A DNA stretch of 38,328 bases from Myxococcota bacterium. Lineage in GTDB: Bacteria > Myxococcota_A > UBA796 > SXON01. The DNA lies in contig JAZKFH010000075.1 in assembly GCA_040386535.1 (NCBI GenBank), positions 1-38,328 of the forward strand. The letters run 5' to 3'. The position numbers and the translations under genes were made by a program. The notes below the pieces were generated by a model, which was not told where the DNA came from, made no database searches, and saw nothing but the letters and a program-made list of their open reading frames with translations. Shown here one piece after another: positions 9,101-17,139 of this stretch. Every line of letters begins with the position of its first letter. Position 1 is the first letter of the stretch.

Positions 9101-9719
9101 CCTGCTCGCCTCCCACCCGCGGCTCTACGATCCCGCGTCCGCGCTGGTCTCCTCCAAGCTCGCGCGCCTGATGGAGCTGGTCGAGGAGCTCGGCGCCGCG
9201 GGGCAACGCGCGCTGGTGTTCAGCCAGTTCACCTCCCACCTCGCGTTGGTCCGCGAGGCGCTCGAAGCGCGCGGCATCGCGTACGTGTACCTCGACGGCC
9301 AGACCCCCACCGCGGCGCGCGGCGAGCGCGTGCGGGCGTTCCAGCAGGGCACAGCACCACTTTTCCTGCTCTCGCTCAAGGCCGGCGGCGTAGGCCTCAA
9401 CCTCACGGCCGCCACCACGGTGATCCACCTCGACCCATGGTGGAACCCCGCCGTGGAAGACCAGGCCTCCGACCGCGCGCACCGCCTCGGCCAGACGCGC
9501 CCGGTCACCATCCTGCGGCTCGTGGCGCTCGGCACCATCGAGGAGCAGATGTTGTCGTTGCACGAGGACAAACGCGCGTTGGTGGCCCGCGTGCTCGAGG
9601 GCGCGGACGACGGGGGCAAGCTCTCGACCCAGGATCTCATCGGCCTGCTCGGGGAGCGGGCGCGGACCGCCGAGGTGGAGGAGGAGGCGGACACGCGGCG
9701 GGTGCGGTTCCGGCGGTGA
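6174..9719 (+). CDS. SNF2-family helicase/ATPase with SWIM zinc finger
   Basis: SWIM CTCGAPECVH; LRPYQ, LADDMGLGKT, DEAQ, LSGTPIEN, LVFSQF, SLKAGGVGLNL, DPWWNPAVEDQASDRAHRLGQ. Confidence 0.93.
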   Translation: MAPPPTPAPPFTTRAALLAWLEEHGLGHVARLNLEAAAPYVEPALWPQLRVVGARRRLIDLASVEWRARSEEWLGASPLRESLPAAVACFLADERANAVEARAAVPARLGAPDEPRALDAHARLLELRAAVPAWVAPRPTRALLPDTLDFDAELPGFRFVDAHPCEARAPTTGGFVRPEARLILAAGAIRAECTCGAPECVHVLAALDLALLWLRQPVTAPFLRALDRLGRPAWERTLAALDEALAESPTARAGIELVWRLSVSEHAGVEVAPCIHKFGKSGQRNAGTLVNRRRLLAEHGAKLSAEDARIAALLPDDDAFASRALLEALIDHPRMVLQEAPDRAVRIERTPVGLVAEARNGSVRVSAGVDGTALPPALLDRVRRSRPQDVLFLWDGRRITLLDVKPELRTMLEVLRKEGDLFPPESQGALLTALTKWAQHIPVVMPKSLRGESTPALFSPVFRLEAFPTGAVHVELRVRPLVDSPSYPPGQGPRDVHVRRGEVTLHAVRDLRGEEAAAKALCDALPFAESEPTDDRFAFRYPSAHGALDLLAACAARDVPPELEWVGTPVRSLGSHGARALKITLHRRREWFGALGGLVVGGERLELARLLDSARKHERYVKVDAHTYLELDEALRRHLEVLADHAHVTRAGLEVGPSATAALSALELAGLALDADVSWRTLVARVQAAADWLPDVPAELRAELRPYQVEGFRWMARLAAGGAGAVLADDMGLGKTIQSLALLVSRAEQGPALVVAPTSVAFNWKDEAARFAPTVRLTLYADAPDRDIALGALVPGDVLVVSYGMLVRDVERLAGTRFATVIFDEAQNLKNANTQRARAARTLDADVKFALSGTPIENHVGELWSLFSVVFPALLGSWEAFRARYGLAIEKQTDPAAAPALARVLAPFLLRRTKGQVETELPPRTEVRVPVVLSSGEWQLYEDARLATLSDLETRKLVLKEQERRIEVLAALTRLRLLASHPRLYDPASALVSSKLARLMELVEELGAAGQRALVFSQFTSHLALVREALEARGIAYVYLDGQTPTAARGERVRAFQQGTAPLFLLSLKAGGVGLNLTAATTVIHLDPWWNPAVEDQASDRAHRLGQTRPVTILRLVALGTIEEQMLSLHEDKRALVARVLEGADDGGKLSTQDLIGLLGERARTAEVEEEADTRRVRFRR

Positions 9720-9806
9720 TTTCCCGCGGGCTATCCTGGCTTGTGAGGGGTCCACGCGCATGCTACGGAACGCGGGAGGGAGTAGCATGCCCATGATGGC
9801 GACTTG

Positions 9807-10160
9807 ATGCGGCTCCCGGACGATCCGATCGTCGTGTCGCTCCTGCCCGTGTTCTGCGACGAGTGGGACAAGGACCTGGGCGAGCGGGGGTGGGAGCGGG
9901 CGCGGGCCGGCTTGGATCTGCGCGCGCTGCACCTGCTCGGTCACACCGTGGCCGGCTCGTTCACCCAATTCGGGTTCGCCTTCGGGGCGGAGGCCGGCCA
10001 GGCCTTGATGGCATCGTCACGCACGGGAGACTGGGAGGCCGCCGATCGCACCGTGGTGGCGCTCCGGGCGCTCCTCGCCGCCATCCGCGCCGCCCTGGCC
10101 GAGGCATCGCCGCCGCCGGGCTCGACGCCGTCCGCCGAGAAGCCGGGGAGTGATCCATGA
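9807..10160 (+). CDS. Hpt (histidine phosphotransfer) domain protein
   Basis: About 117 aa, helical; H-box-like LHLLGHTVAGSFTQFGF (compare HxLKGSxxxxG); overlaps the start of the hybrid kinase. Confidence 0.7.
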   Translation: MRLPDDPIVVSLLPVFCDEWDKDLGERGWERARAGLDLRALHLLGHTVAGSFTQFGFAFGAEAGQALMASSRTGDWEAADRTVVALRALLAAIRAALAEASPPPGSTPSAEKPGSDP

Positions 10161-13100
10161 CTCCCCGCCACCGATGCTGAACGTCGCATCGAGCGACCCC
10201 GACGAGCTCTGCCGGCGCGTGTATCAGTACGCGGCCGTCGGCATCGTGGTGTTGACCCCCACGAGCGCGATCCTGGGCGCGAACCCCGCCTATTGCGCCA
10301 TGCTCGGGTACGCGGAGGCAGAGATCCTCGGGCGGGAGAACCTCTCGTTCATCCATCCCGAGGACCGCGCCTTCGGCGCGACGATCCTCGACGAGCTGGT
10401 GCGGGGCGTCCGGGTGAGCGCCGTGCTCGAGCTTCGCGTCCGCTGTCGTGACGGCACGAACGTATGGGTGCGGTGGAGCGTCGCGGCGCAGACGGGCGCC
10501 TCGGGAGAGCTCGAGGGCCTCATCGCGGTCGCCGAGGACATCTCCGCGCGCAAGGACGCGGAGCGCTCGCTCCTCGAGAGCGACAAGCGCTTCCGCGAGC
10601 TCTGCGACGGGATCCCCCTGATCGTGTGGACCGCCCCCGCGAACGGCACGCTCGACTACGCCAACCGCGCCTTCTCCGAGTACACCGGCGACACGGTCGA
10701 CACGCCGCCCGACCAGGTGTGGCTGCGCGCGGTCCACCCCGAGGACTCGGAGCAGTGCCTGGAGGCCTGGCGCCGGGCGATCCGCGCCGGGACCCCGTTC
10801 GTGGCGGAGTTCCGGCTCTTCCACAAGCGCACCGGGCGCCATCGCTGGCACCTCGGCCGCGCGAGCCCCCTCCGGGACCAGAGCGGTGGAATCGCCAAGT
10901 GGTACGGCACCTGCGTCGAGGTGCACGCCACCAAGGAGGCGCAGGAAGAGGCCAGCCACCTCGCGGAGCAGCTCGGCGCCACGCTCGAGAGCATCACCGA
11001 CGTCTTCTTCAGTGTCGACGCCGAGTTGCGCCTGACCTATGCCAACGCGGAGGCCGGGCGGGTGCTGCGGCTGGAGGGCAAGCACCTCCTCGGGCGGCCC
11101 CTCGCCGAGTCCCTCTCCCCCGGGCTCGACGCCTCGCTCGGGGAGGCGGTCCGTCGCGCGCTCCCGTCGCAGGCACCGGTGGAGTTCGAGGTGGCTCACG
11201 ACGCGATGGGCGCGTGGTTCAGCGGCCGGGCGTTTCCATCTCGCGGCGGGCTCGCGGTCTATCTCCGCGACGTGACCGAGCAGCGCGAGGCGCGGGAGGC
11301 GCTGCGGAGCAGCGAGGAGAGGTTCCGCCTGCTCGCCCAGGCCACCAACGACGCCGTGTGGGAGTGGGACCTCGCCACGGACGCGCTCCAGTGGAGCGAC
11401 GGCTTCGAGCGGTTGTTCGGCTTTCACGCATCGAAGTCTGAGCCCACCTTCGCCTCCTGGGTGCGCCACCTGCATCCGGAGGACAGCGCCCGCGTGCTCG
11501 GGAGCGTCTTCGACGCCCTCCGGAGCGTGGACTCGGTGTGGTCCCACGAGTACCGCTTCCGCGCCACGGACGGGACGTATGCCTACGTGCTCGACCGCGG
11601 CTACATCGTGCGGGACGCCGGCGGCGCGGCGCGGCGCATGGTCGGCGGGATGACCGACCTGACCGAGCGCAACCGGGTGGCGGAGCGCCTGGCGGACCAG
11701 GCGGAGCTCATCGAGAAGGCGCAGGACGCGATCCTGGTCCGCGATCTGCAGGGGCGCATCCTGTACCTGAACGAGCGCGCCGAGCGCCTCTACGGCTGGA
11801 AGCGGGAGGAGGCGATCGGCAAGGACGCGCGCACGTTGCAGGGCGCCGCGGACATCGCCGGGTTCGATGCCGCCAGCGAGGCGACGCTGCGCGCGGGCGA
11901 GTGGCGCGGCGAGCTCCGCCAGGTGGCGAAGGACGGGCATCCGGTCCTCGTCGAGGGGCGGTGGACCCTCATGCGGGACGCGCGCGGCGCGCCGCGGTCC
12001 TTCCTCGTGGTCAACACGGACATCTCCGAGCGGAAGCAGCTCGAGCAACAGCTCCTGCGCACGCAGCGGTTGGAGAGCATCGGCACGCTCGCGGGCGGCA
12101 TCGCGCACGACCTGAACAACCTGCTCACGCCCATCCTCTTCTCGATCGCGCTGCTCGGCGTGGACGAGCAGGATGAGGACCGCCGCGAGGATCTCGGCGT
12201 CATCGAGGCCTGCGCGAAGCGCGCCGCGGCGATGGTCGGGCACCTGCTCGCGTTCGCACGCGGCGTCGACGGCGAGCGCGCGACGCTCTACCTGGGCTCG
12301 GTGCTGGCCGAGGTCGAGCGCGTGCTGCGGGAGACCCTCCCGAAGAACATCGTCTTCCGCGTGATCGACCCCGCGGAGGCCTGGGCGGTCTCCGCCGACC
12401 GCACCCAGCTGAACCAGGTGCTCATCAACCTGTGCGTGAACGCGCGGGACGCGATGTCCGCCGGCGGCGTCCTGTCCGTGTCCGTCGACAACGTCGTGCT
12501 CGACGAGGTCTACGCCGGCATGAACCCCCTGGCGCACGCGGGCAGCTTCGTCGTGCTGCGCGTGGAGGACACGGGCGAGGGGATGTCCGCGACCGTGCGC
12601 GATCGCATCTTCGAGCCCTTCTTCACGACGAAGGCGGTGGGAAAGGGCACCGGGCTCGGGTTGTCGACCACCCACGCCATCGTGAAGAGCCACGGCGGCT
12701 TCATCAACGTGTACAGCGAGCCGGGCCGAGGCACGACCTTCAAGGTGTACCTGCCCGCCGTCGTGAACCCCGACGTCGCGGAGCAGGTCGCCATCACCCA
12801 GACCGGGCTGCCCCGCGGCCAGGGCGAGCTGGTGCTGGTCGTCGACGACGAGGCGAGCATCCGCACGATGGTGCAACGGACGCTCGAGAAGTTCGGCTAC
12901 CGGGTGATCGTCGCGGGGAACGGCGCCGAAGCCGTCGCGTTGTACGCCCTGCACCGCGCCGAGGTCGCCGTCGTGTTGACGGACATGGCCATGCCGGTGA
13001 TGGACGGGCCGGCCACGATCGTGGCGCTGCGGTCGATCGATCCGTCGGTGCGCATCATCGGCTCCAGCGGGTTGGACGCGAACGGGAAGGTGGCGCAGGC

Positions 13101-13194
13101 GGTCGGCGCGGGGGTGCGGCACTTCGTCGCCAAGCCCTACACGGCCGAGCTCATGCTCACCACGCTACGGACCGTGCTCACGTCGAGCGACTAG
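10150..13194 (+). CDS. Cytoplasmic hybrid sensor histidine kinase (5 PAS/PAC, HisKA, HATPase_c, REC)
   Basis: Repeated HPED/PAC motifs; H-box GGIAHDLNNLL; N-box QVLINLCVNARDAM; DTGEGM, FEPFFTTK, GKGTGLGL; C-terminal receiver LVVDD..TDMAMPVMDG..KP. No TM helix. Alternative ATG at 10174. Confidence 0.95.
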   Translation: MIHDSPPPMLNVASSDPDELCRRVYQYAAVGIVVLTPTSAILGANPAYCAMLGYAEAEILGRENLSFIHPEDRAFGATILDELVRGVRVSAVLELRVRCRDGTNVWVRWSVAAQTGASGELEGLIAVAEDISARKDAERSLLESDKRFRELCDGIPLIVWTAPANGTLDYANRAFSEYTGDTVDTPPDQVWLRAVHPEDSEQCLEAWRRAIRAGTPFVAEFRLFHKRTGRHRWHLGRASPLRDQSGGIAKWYGTCVEVHATKEAQEEASHLAEQLGATLESITDVFFSVDAELRLTYANAEAGRVLRLEGKHLLGRPLAESLSPGLDASLGEAVRRALPSQAPVEFEVAHDAMGAWFSGRAFPSRGGLAVYLRDVTEQREAREALRSSEERFRLLAQATNDAVWEWDLATDALQWSDGFERLFGFHASKSEPTFASWVRHLHPEDSARVLGSVFDALRSVDSVWSHEYRFRATDGTYAYVLDRGYIVRDAGGAARRMVGGMTDLTERNRVAERLADQAELIEKAQDAILVRDLQGRILYLNERAERLYGWKREEAIGKDARTLQGAADIAGFDAASEATLRAGEWRGELRQVAKDGHPVLVEGRWTLMRDARGAPRSFLVVNTDISERKQLEQQLLRTQRLESIGTLAGGIAHDLNNLLTPILFSIALLGVDEQDEDRREDLGVIEACAKRAAAMVGHLLAFARGVDGERATLYLGSVLAEVERVLRETLPKNIVFRVIDPAEAWAVSADRTQLNQVLINLCVNARDAMSAGGVLSVSVDNVVLDEVYAGMNPLAHAGSFVVLRVEDTGEGMSATVRDRIFEPFFTTKAVGKGTGLGLSTTHAIVKSHGGFINVYSEPGRGTTFKVYLPAVVNPDVAEQVAITQTGLPRGQGELVLVVDDEASIRTMVQRTLEKFGYRVIVAGNGAEAVALYALHRAEVAVVLTDMAMPVMDGPATIVALRSIDPSVRIIGSSGLDANGKVAQAVGAGVRHFVAKPYTAELMLTTLRTVLTSSD

Positions 13195-13237
13195 CGCCGC
13201 CAGCGCTCGATGAACCCTCGTCCTCCGGAGAGAGCCC

Positions 13238-13657
13238 ATGCACCCCCCTCGAACGCGCGTCCTCGTGGTCGACGACGACGCGCTGGTCGGGCGATTGCTC
13301 GAGCGGTTCCTCAAGCGCCACTATGACGTGGCCGTCGTGACCAGCGGCGCCGCCGCGTTGGCGCGGATCGAGGCGGGAGAGCGCTACGACCTGATCCTGT
13401 GCGACCGCATCATGCCGGGGATGACGGGAGAGGCGTTGTACGACGTCCTGCTCGTCACCGCGCCGGAAGAGGTCGAGCGGATGGTGTTCCTCTCCGGCGG
13501 GGTGGTCGACAGCGCCGACGCCGCGTTCAGCCGCCGGGCGGCCGCCAACCTCCATCTCCAGAAGCCGGTCGACCCCGCCCTCCTCATCGAGCAGCTCGAC
13601 GGGGTCCTCGCGCGGCTCGGGCCGCTCGCGCTCACGCCGGATCCGCCCCGATCCTGA
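13238..13657 (+). CDS. Single-domain response regulator (CheY-like)
   Basis: VLVVDDD, LILCDRIMPGMTG, FLSGG, QKPV; no output domain. Confidence 0.92.
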   Translation: MHPPRTRVLVVDDDALVGRLLERFLKRHYDVAVVTSGAAALARIEAGERYDLILCDRIMPGMTGEALYDVLLVTAPEEVERMVFLSGGVVDSADAAFSRRAAANLHLQKPVDPALLIEQLDGVLARLGPLALTPDPPRS

Positions 13658-14666
13658 GCAGCAGCTTCCCGTCGTTCCGCCCCTCGAGCAGCCGATTGAC
13701 CGCGTCGACCGCCATCGGCAGGTCCCCTTCGAGGATGTCGTAGCGCGTGTCCAGGCGGCCCTGGCGCACCCACTCCAGGAGGGACCGCGTGGCCTCGGCG
13801 TACTTCGGCGTGAAGTCCGACACGATGAACCCCTCCACGCGGGCCCGCCGCATCAGGATCATCGAGAAGTTGGTCGGGCCGGGGGTGGGCCGCTCGGCGG
13901 CGTACTGGGAGATGAGGCCGCACAAGACGACGCGGGCGCGCAGCTTGAGCCGTGCGAGCAACGCATCGAGGATCGCGCCGCCGACGTTCTCGAAGACGAC
14001 GTCCACCCCGTCGGGGCAGAGGCGGTCGAGCGCCTGGCCCACGTCCTCCGACTTGTAGTCGATGCACGCGTCGAACCCGTACTCCTCGACCACGCGCTTC
14101 TGCTTGACCGGCCCGCCCGCGATGCCGATGACCCGGCAGCCGGAGATCTTCGCGATCTGGCCCGCGAGGCTGCCGACCGATCCGGCCGCGGCGGTGACCA
14201 CCACGGTCTCGCCGGGCTGCGGCCGCCCGACCTCGAGGAGGCCGAAGTAGGCGGTGAGCCCGCCGGTCGAGCCGAGGACGCCGAGCCAGTGGTGGAGCGG
14301 CACGTCCGGCACCGCGGGGACCGGGGCCACCGGGGCGCCCGGCCCGGCGATCCAATGATCCTGCCAGCCGACGAGCCCCCGCACCACCGTCCCCGGCTTC
14401 AGATCCGGGCGTCGCGACGATTCGACCACGCCGAGGCCGATGGCGCGCATCACCTCGCCGATCTTCACCGGCGGCATGTACTGGGGCGTGTCGCTCATCC
14501 ACACGCGGTTGGTGGGGTCGACCGAGAGCAGGAAGTTGCGCACCAGCGCCTCCCCCTCGGCGAGGGGGTGGAGCGGCTCGTGCACCACGGTGAAGTCGTC
14601 GGGGGACACCGCGCCGCGGGGGCGGCGGGCGAGGCGGAGCTGGGTGGACAGGCTCGATTCGGGCAT
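13632..14666 (-). CDS. NADP-dependent oxidoreductase, MDR family (prostaglandin reductase/CurA-like)
   Basis: LARRPRG, LSVDPTNRVWM, GLTAYFGL, VTAAAGSVGSLAGQIAK, ENVGG, LCGLISQY, GRNDGKLL. Confidence 0.93.
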   Translation of the reverse strand: MPESSLSTQLRLARRPRGAVSPDDFTVVHEPLHPLAEGEALVRNFLLSVDPTNRVWMSDTPQYMPPVKIGEVMRAIGLGVVESSRRPDLKPGTVVRGLVGWQDHWIAGPGAPVAPVPAVPDVPLHHWLGVLGSTGGLTAYFGLLEVGRPQPGETVVVTAAAGSVGSLAGQIAKISGCRVIGIAGGPVKQKRVVEEYGFDACIDYKSEDVGQALDRLCPDGVDVVFENVGGAILDALLARLKLRARVVLCGLISQYAAERPTPGPTNFSMILMRRARVEGFIVSDFTPKYAEATRSLLEWVRQGRLDTRYDILEGDLPMAVDAVNRLLEGRNDGKLLLRIGADPA

Positions 14667-14714
14667 GGCCGAGTCTATCCACCACGAGCTCCGCCGTGGC
14701 CCCCGATCGACCGG

Positions 14715-16598
14715 TCAGATCGACCGGAGGTACGCCTCGAGATCGTCCAGCTCCGCGGCGGAGAGCATCGAGGTGTCGCCCATGGCGCCGCCCACCGAGA
14801 TCTCCAGCAGCGCGCGCAACGTGGGGGCGCGGCCGTCGTGCAGGTAGGGCGCCGTGGCGGCGACCCGCCGCAGGGACGGCGTGTTGACCCCCTCCGCGCC
14901 GAAGAGGGACCGGGACTGGTTGTCCGTGTAGAGCTCGCCGCTGTGGCAGCTCCCGCACCCGACCTCGGCGCGATTGAAGATCGCCTCCCCGCGCGCGACC
15001 GCGGCGTCCGCGGCGCCGAGCCCCGGCACGTCCGGTGCGCGGATGGTCTCGACGAAGGCCGCGATGGAGAACGCGTTGAAGTTGAGCCCGCGGCCGCCCA
15101 TCCGGCCCTCGCTCGTGAGGGTCGCCTCCTGGGAGACGCTGGACACGTCGCTGGTCCAGGTGAACGGCGCGGTGTCCGCGATGCCGCCCGCCAGGGACGG
15201 GGTCTGGCGGGCGCCGCCCTCGAGGTTCCAGGAGAGGCCGTCGTTGCGGCCGCCGAGGTGGCACGTGGAGCACGAGATCCCCGATCCCTCGCCCGCCATC
15301 CGCAAGTCGGTCGCCGAGTAGAACAGCTCTCGGCCGGCGAGGACGTTCACCGGCAGGGGCGAAGGCTCCAGGGCCAGCTCCGGCGTCACCTGGTTGGGAT
15401 GCAACGAGAACGGTCCGGCGGCGAGCCCGTCGTGGACCTCCCGCAACGACACCGACGAGATGGAGCGCTCAAGGAACGAGTCGACGTACACGCGGCCGTC
15501 GCCCAGGAACGTGATGGCGCGCGGGCCGGCGGGGGTGGGGATCACGACCGCGTCTTCGATCCAGAGGGAGCCGCGCTTGTTCGAGGGCGTCGTGGAGAGC
15601 GCGACGACCGCGCTGGAGGCCTCCATGGTCGCGAGCACCAGGCTGCCGTCCGGCGAGACCTGGGCGCTCGAGAGGTAGCTGCGCACCCTGACTTCGAGCT
15701 CGTTCGCGGCGGTGACGAGGACGAGGGAGGCGTTCACGCCGTCCGGGACGCCGCCCGGATCGAGCTGCACGAGGGCCACCACCGGGTTGATGCGCGAGAC
15801 GTCGTTGCTGCCCTCCGATCCGTAGCCGTCGTTCTCGCTGGGAAAGTCGCTGGCGGTGTCCGGGTCGTCGTTGCCCGTCGAGATGCGGCGGGTGTTGTCC
15901 ACCAGCAGCATCGGCACCGCGAGCAGGCGGCCGTCGGCCGACACGGACGGGTCGCCGGTGATCCGGTGCGTGAGGGGGAACGTGACGGCGATGTTGTTGT
16001 CCGCGACGTCTGCGTCGGGGCGGTAGGCCACGGGGAGCTCGACGGTCTGCGAGGTGCCGCCTAGCAGGTCGATCCACGTGAGCACGCCGCCCATCGCGGA
16101 GCCGACGTAGAGCGCGTCGCCGTCGGGGCGCAGGGTGATCCAGCTCGGCTGGCCCTCCACGTTCCAGCTGCGCAACACCTCCCCGTCGGGGGTGAGCTCC
16201 TGCACCATGCCGCTCGTCGCGAGCGCCACGTAGAGGCGCGTGCCGTCCGCGTTCGCGGCGATGCCGAGGGGCTCCGCGCCGGTCGCCAACGTGTCGGTGT
16301 GGGTGAGGCCGTCCGGCCCGTCCACGAGCACGGCGATCCCGCGCGCCGCCGGCAGCGTGACCCACACCGTGTCGTCGACGCGAGCGAGGCGGCCGGGGAG
16401 CGCGCCGAGCGGCGTCGACCGGGACCACCCGCAGACGGGGTCGTACTGGACGACCGCGCCCACGTCGTCATCGAGCGTGTACAAGGTGCCGGTCTCCGCG
16501 GTGCGGACGACCTCGGGCACCGGGTCGGCGTCGCCTATGTCAGCGACACCGCCGGGGAGTTCCGCGCAACCAGCCAGGAAAAGGGTCATGAGGTGCAT
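14715..16598 (-). CDS. Lipoprotein: YVTN-type beta-propeller fused to di-heme cytochrome c (CcP/MauG superfamily-like)
   Basis: Two heme motifs CSTCH and CGSCH; RQTPSL, NTPSLRRVAATAPYLHDG; propeller blades such as TGAEPLGIAANADGTRLYVA; ATG 16598 with GGAG RBS and LAG-C lipobox. Confidence 0.85.
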   Translation of the reverse strand: MHLMTLFLAGCAELPGGVADIGDADPVPEVVRTAETGTLYTLDDDVGAVVQYDPVCGWSRSTPLGALPGRLARVDDTVWVTLPAARGIAVLVDGPDGLTHTDTLATGAEPLGIAANADGTRLYVALATSGMVQELTPDGEVLRSWNVEGQPSWITLRPDGDALYVGSAMGGVLTWIDLLGGTSQTVELPVAYRPDADVADNNIAVTFPLTHRITGDPSVSADGRLLAVPMLLVDNTRRISTGNDDPDTASDFPSENDGYGSEGSNDVSRINPVVALVQLDPGGVPDGVNASLVLVTAANELEVRVRSYLSSAQVSPDGSLVLATMEASSAVVALSTTPSNKRGSLWIEDAVVIPTPAGPRAITFLGDGRVYVDSFLERSISSVSLREVHDGLAAGPFSLHPNQVTPELALEPSPLPVNVLAGRELFYSATDLRMAGEGSGISCSTCHLGGRNDGLSWNLEGGARQTPSLAGGIADTAPFTWTSDVSSVSQEATLTSEGRMGGRGLNFNAFSIAAFVETIRAPDVPGLGAADAAVARGEAIFNRAEVGCGSCHSGELYTDNQSRSLFGAEGVNTPSLRRVAATAPYLHDGRAPTLRALLEISVGGAMGDTSMLSAAELDDLEAYLRSI

Positions 16599-16690
16599 GA
16601 GGTGCTCCGGTTCCCCATGTTGCCACGAGACCCGGCGCGGCCCATACCGATTTGTCGCGCCCGCTGGTAGAAAAATGGCGCTCGAAACGC

Positions 16691-16732
16691 CGAACGGCCA
16701 CCCCTCCGACATCGTGGAGGGGTGGCCGTTCG
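16691..16732 (-). terminator. Perfect 17-bp stem-loop, probable terminator or stabilising hairpin
   Basis: CGAACGGCCACCCCTCC-8 nt-GGAGGGGTGGCCGTTCG, 14 nt downstream of the small-gene stop; only a weak U tract (GCGTTT). Confidence 0.7.
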
Positions 16733-16746
16733 TGTGATCGCGGGAG

Positions 16747-16929
16747 CTACTTGCTCGGCGACTCGTTCTGCTCCTTGAGATCCTCGGTCACGAAGTCGAG
16801 CAGGGTCGTCGAGAGCTCGATGATCTGCTGGTGCGAGAAGCCCTCCGTCCGGAGCTGACGGTAGAAGCTGCGGGCGACGGACCGGTTCCGGTTCCGGTAG
16901 AGGTCCTGGAGTTCGGTCTGGGGCTGCAT
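16747..16929 (-). CDS. Small hypothetical helical protein (60 aa)
   Basis: MQPQTELQDLYRNRNRSVARSFYRQLRTEGFSHQQIIELSTTLLDFVTEDLKEQNESPSK; GGAG RBS; flanked by a sigma54-type promoter and a hairpin. Confidence 0.85.
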   Translation of the reverse strand: MQPQTELQDLYRNRNRSVARSFYRQLRTEGFSHQQIIELSTTLLDFVTEDLKEQNESPSK

Positions 16930-17009
16930 GGATGATGCTCCAACCATTGAAGGGGATGCGCGGAGGGGATGCGCGGAGAGGCTTCGCGGAGTTGCTTGCA
17001 ACGATGCCA

Positions 17010-17025
17010 AGCAAGCCCCGTGCCG
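17010..17025 (-). promoter_or_regulatory. Sigma54 (-24/-12) promoter for the 60-aa gene
   Basis: Minus strand CGGCAC-GGGGC-TTGCT matches TGGCAC-N5-TTGCW with one mismatch, about 80 bp upstream of the ATG; an AT-richer tract lies further upstream (17041-17090). Confidence 0.7.
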
Positions 17026-17139
17026 GACGGGCCACCCGGCAAAAACGTACCTATTACGGTCGTTTCGGTGCCGCCAATGCGTAAAGATGTGCGCGGTTCG
17101 GGGGTCCAGGTGCGTAGCCGACTACGCACCTGGCGCCCC

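Noticed and set aside
6174..9719. SNF2 helicase as part of an anti-phage system (DISARM/Zorya-type)
   Set aside because: SWIM-SNF2 architecture with no neighbouring methylase, nuclease or other defence genes.
6063..13122. Long minus-strand ORFs 6063-9968 and 9961-13122, and similar shadow ORFs throughout
   Set aside because: Antisense or alternate-frame shadows of well-supported genes, expected at this GC content; no motifs.
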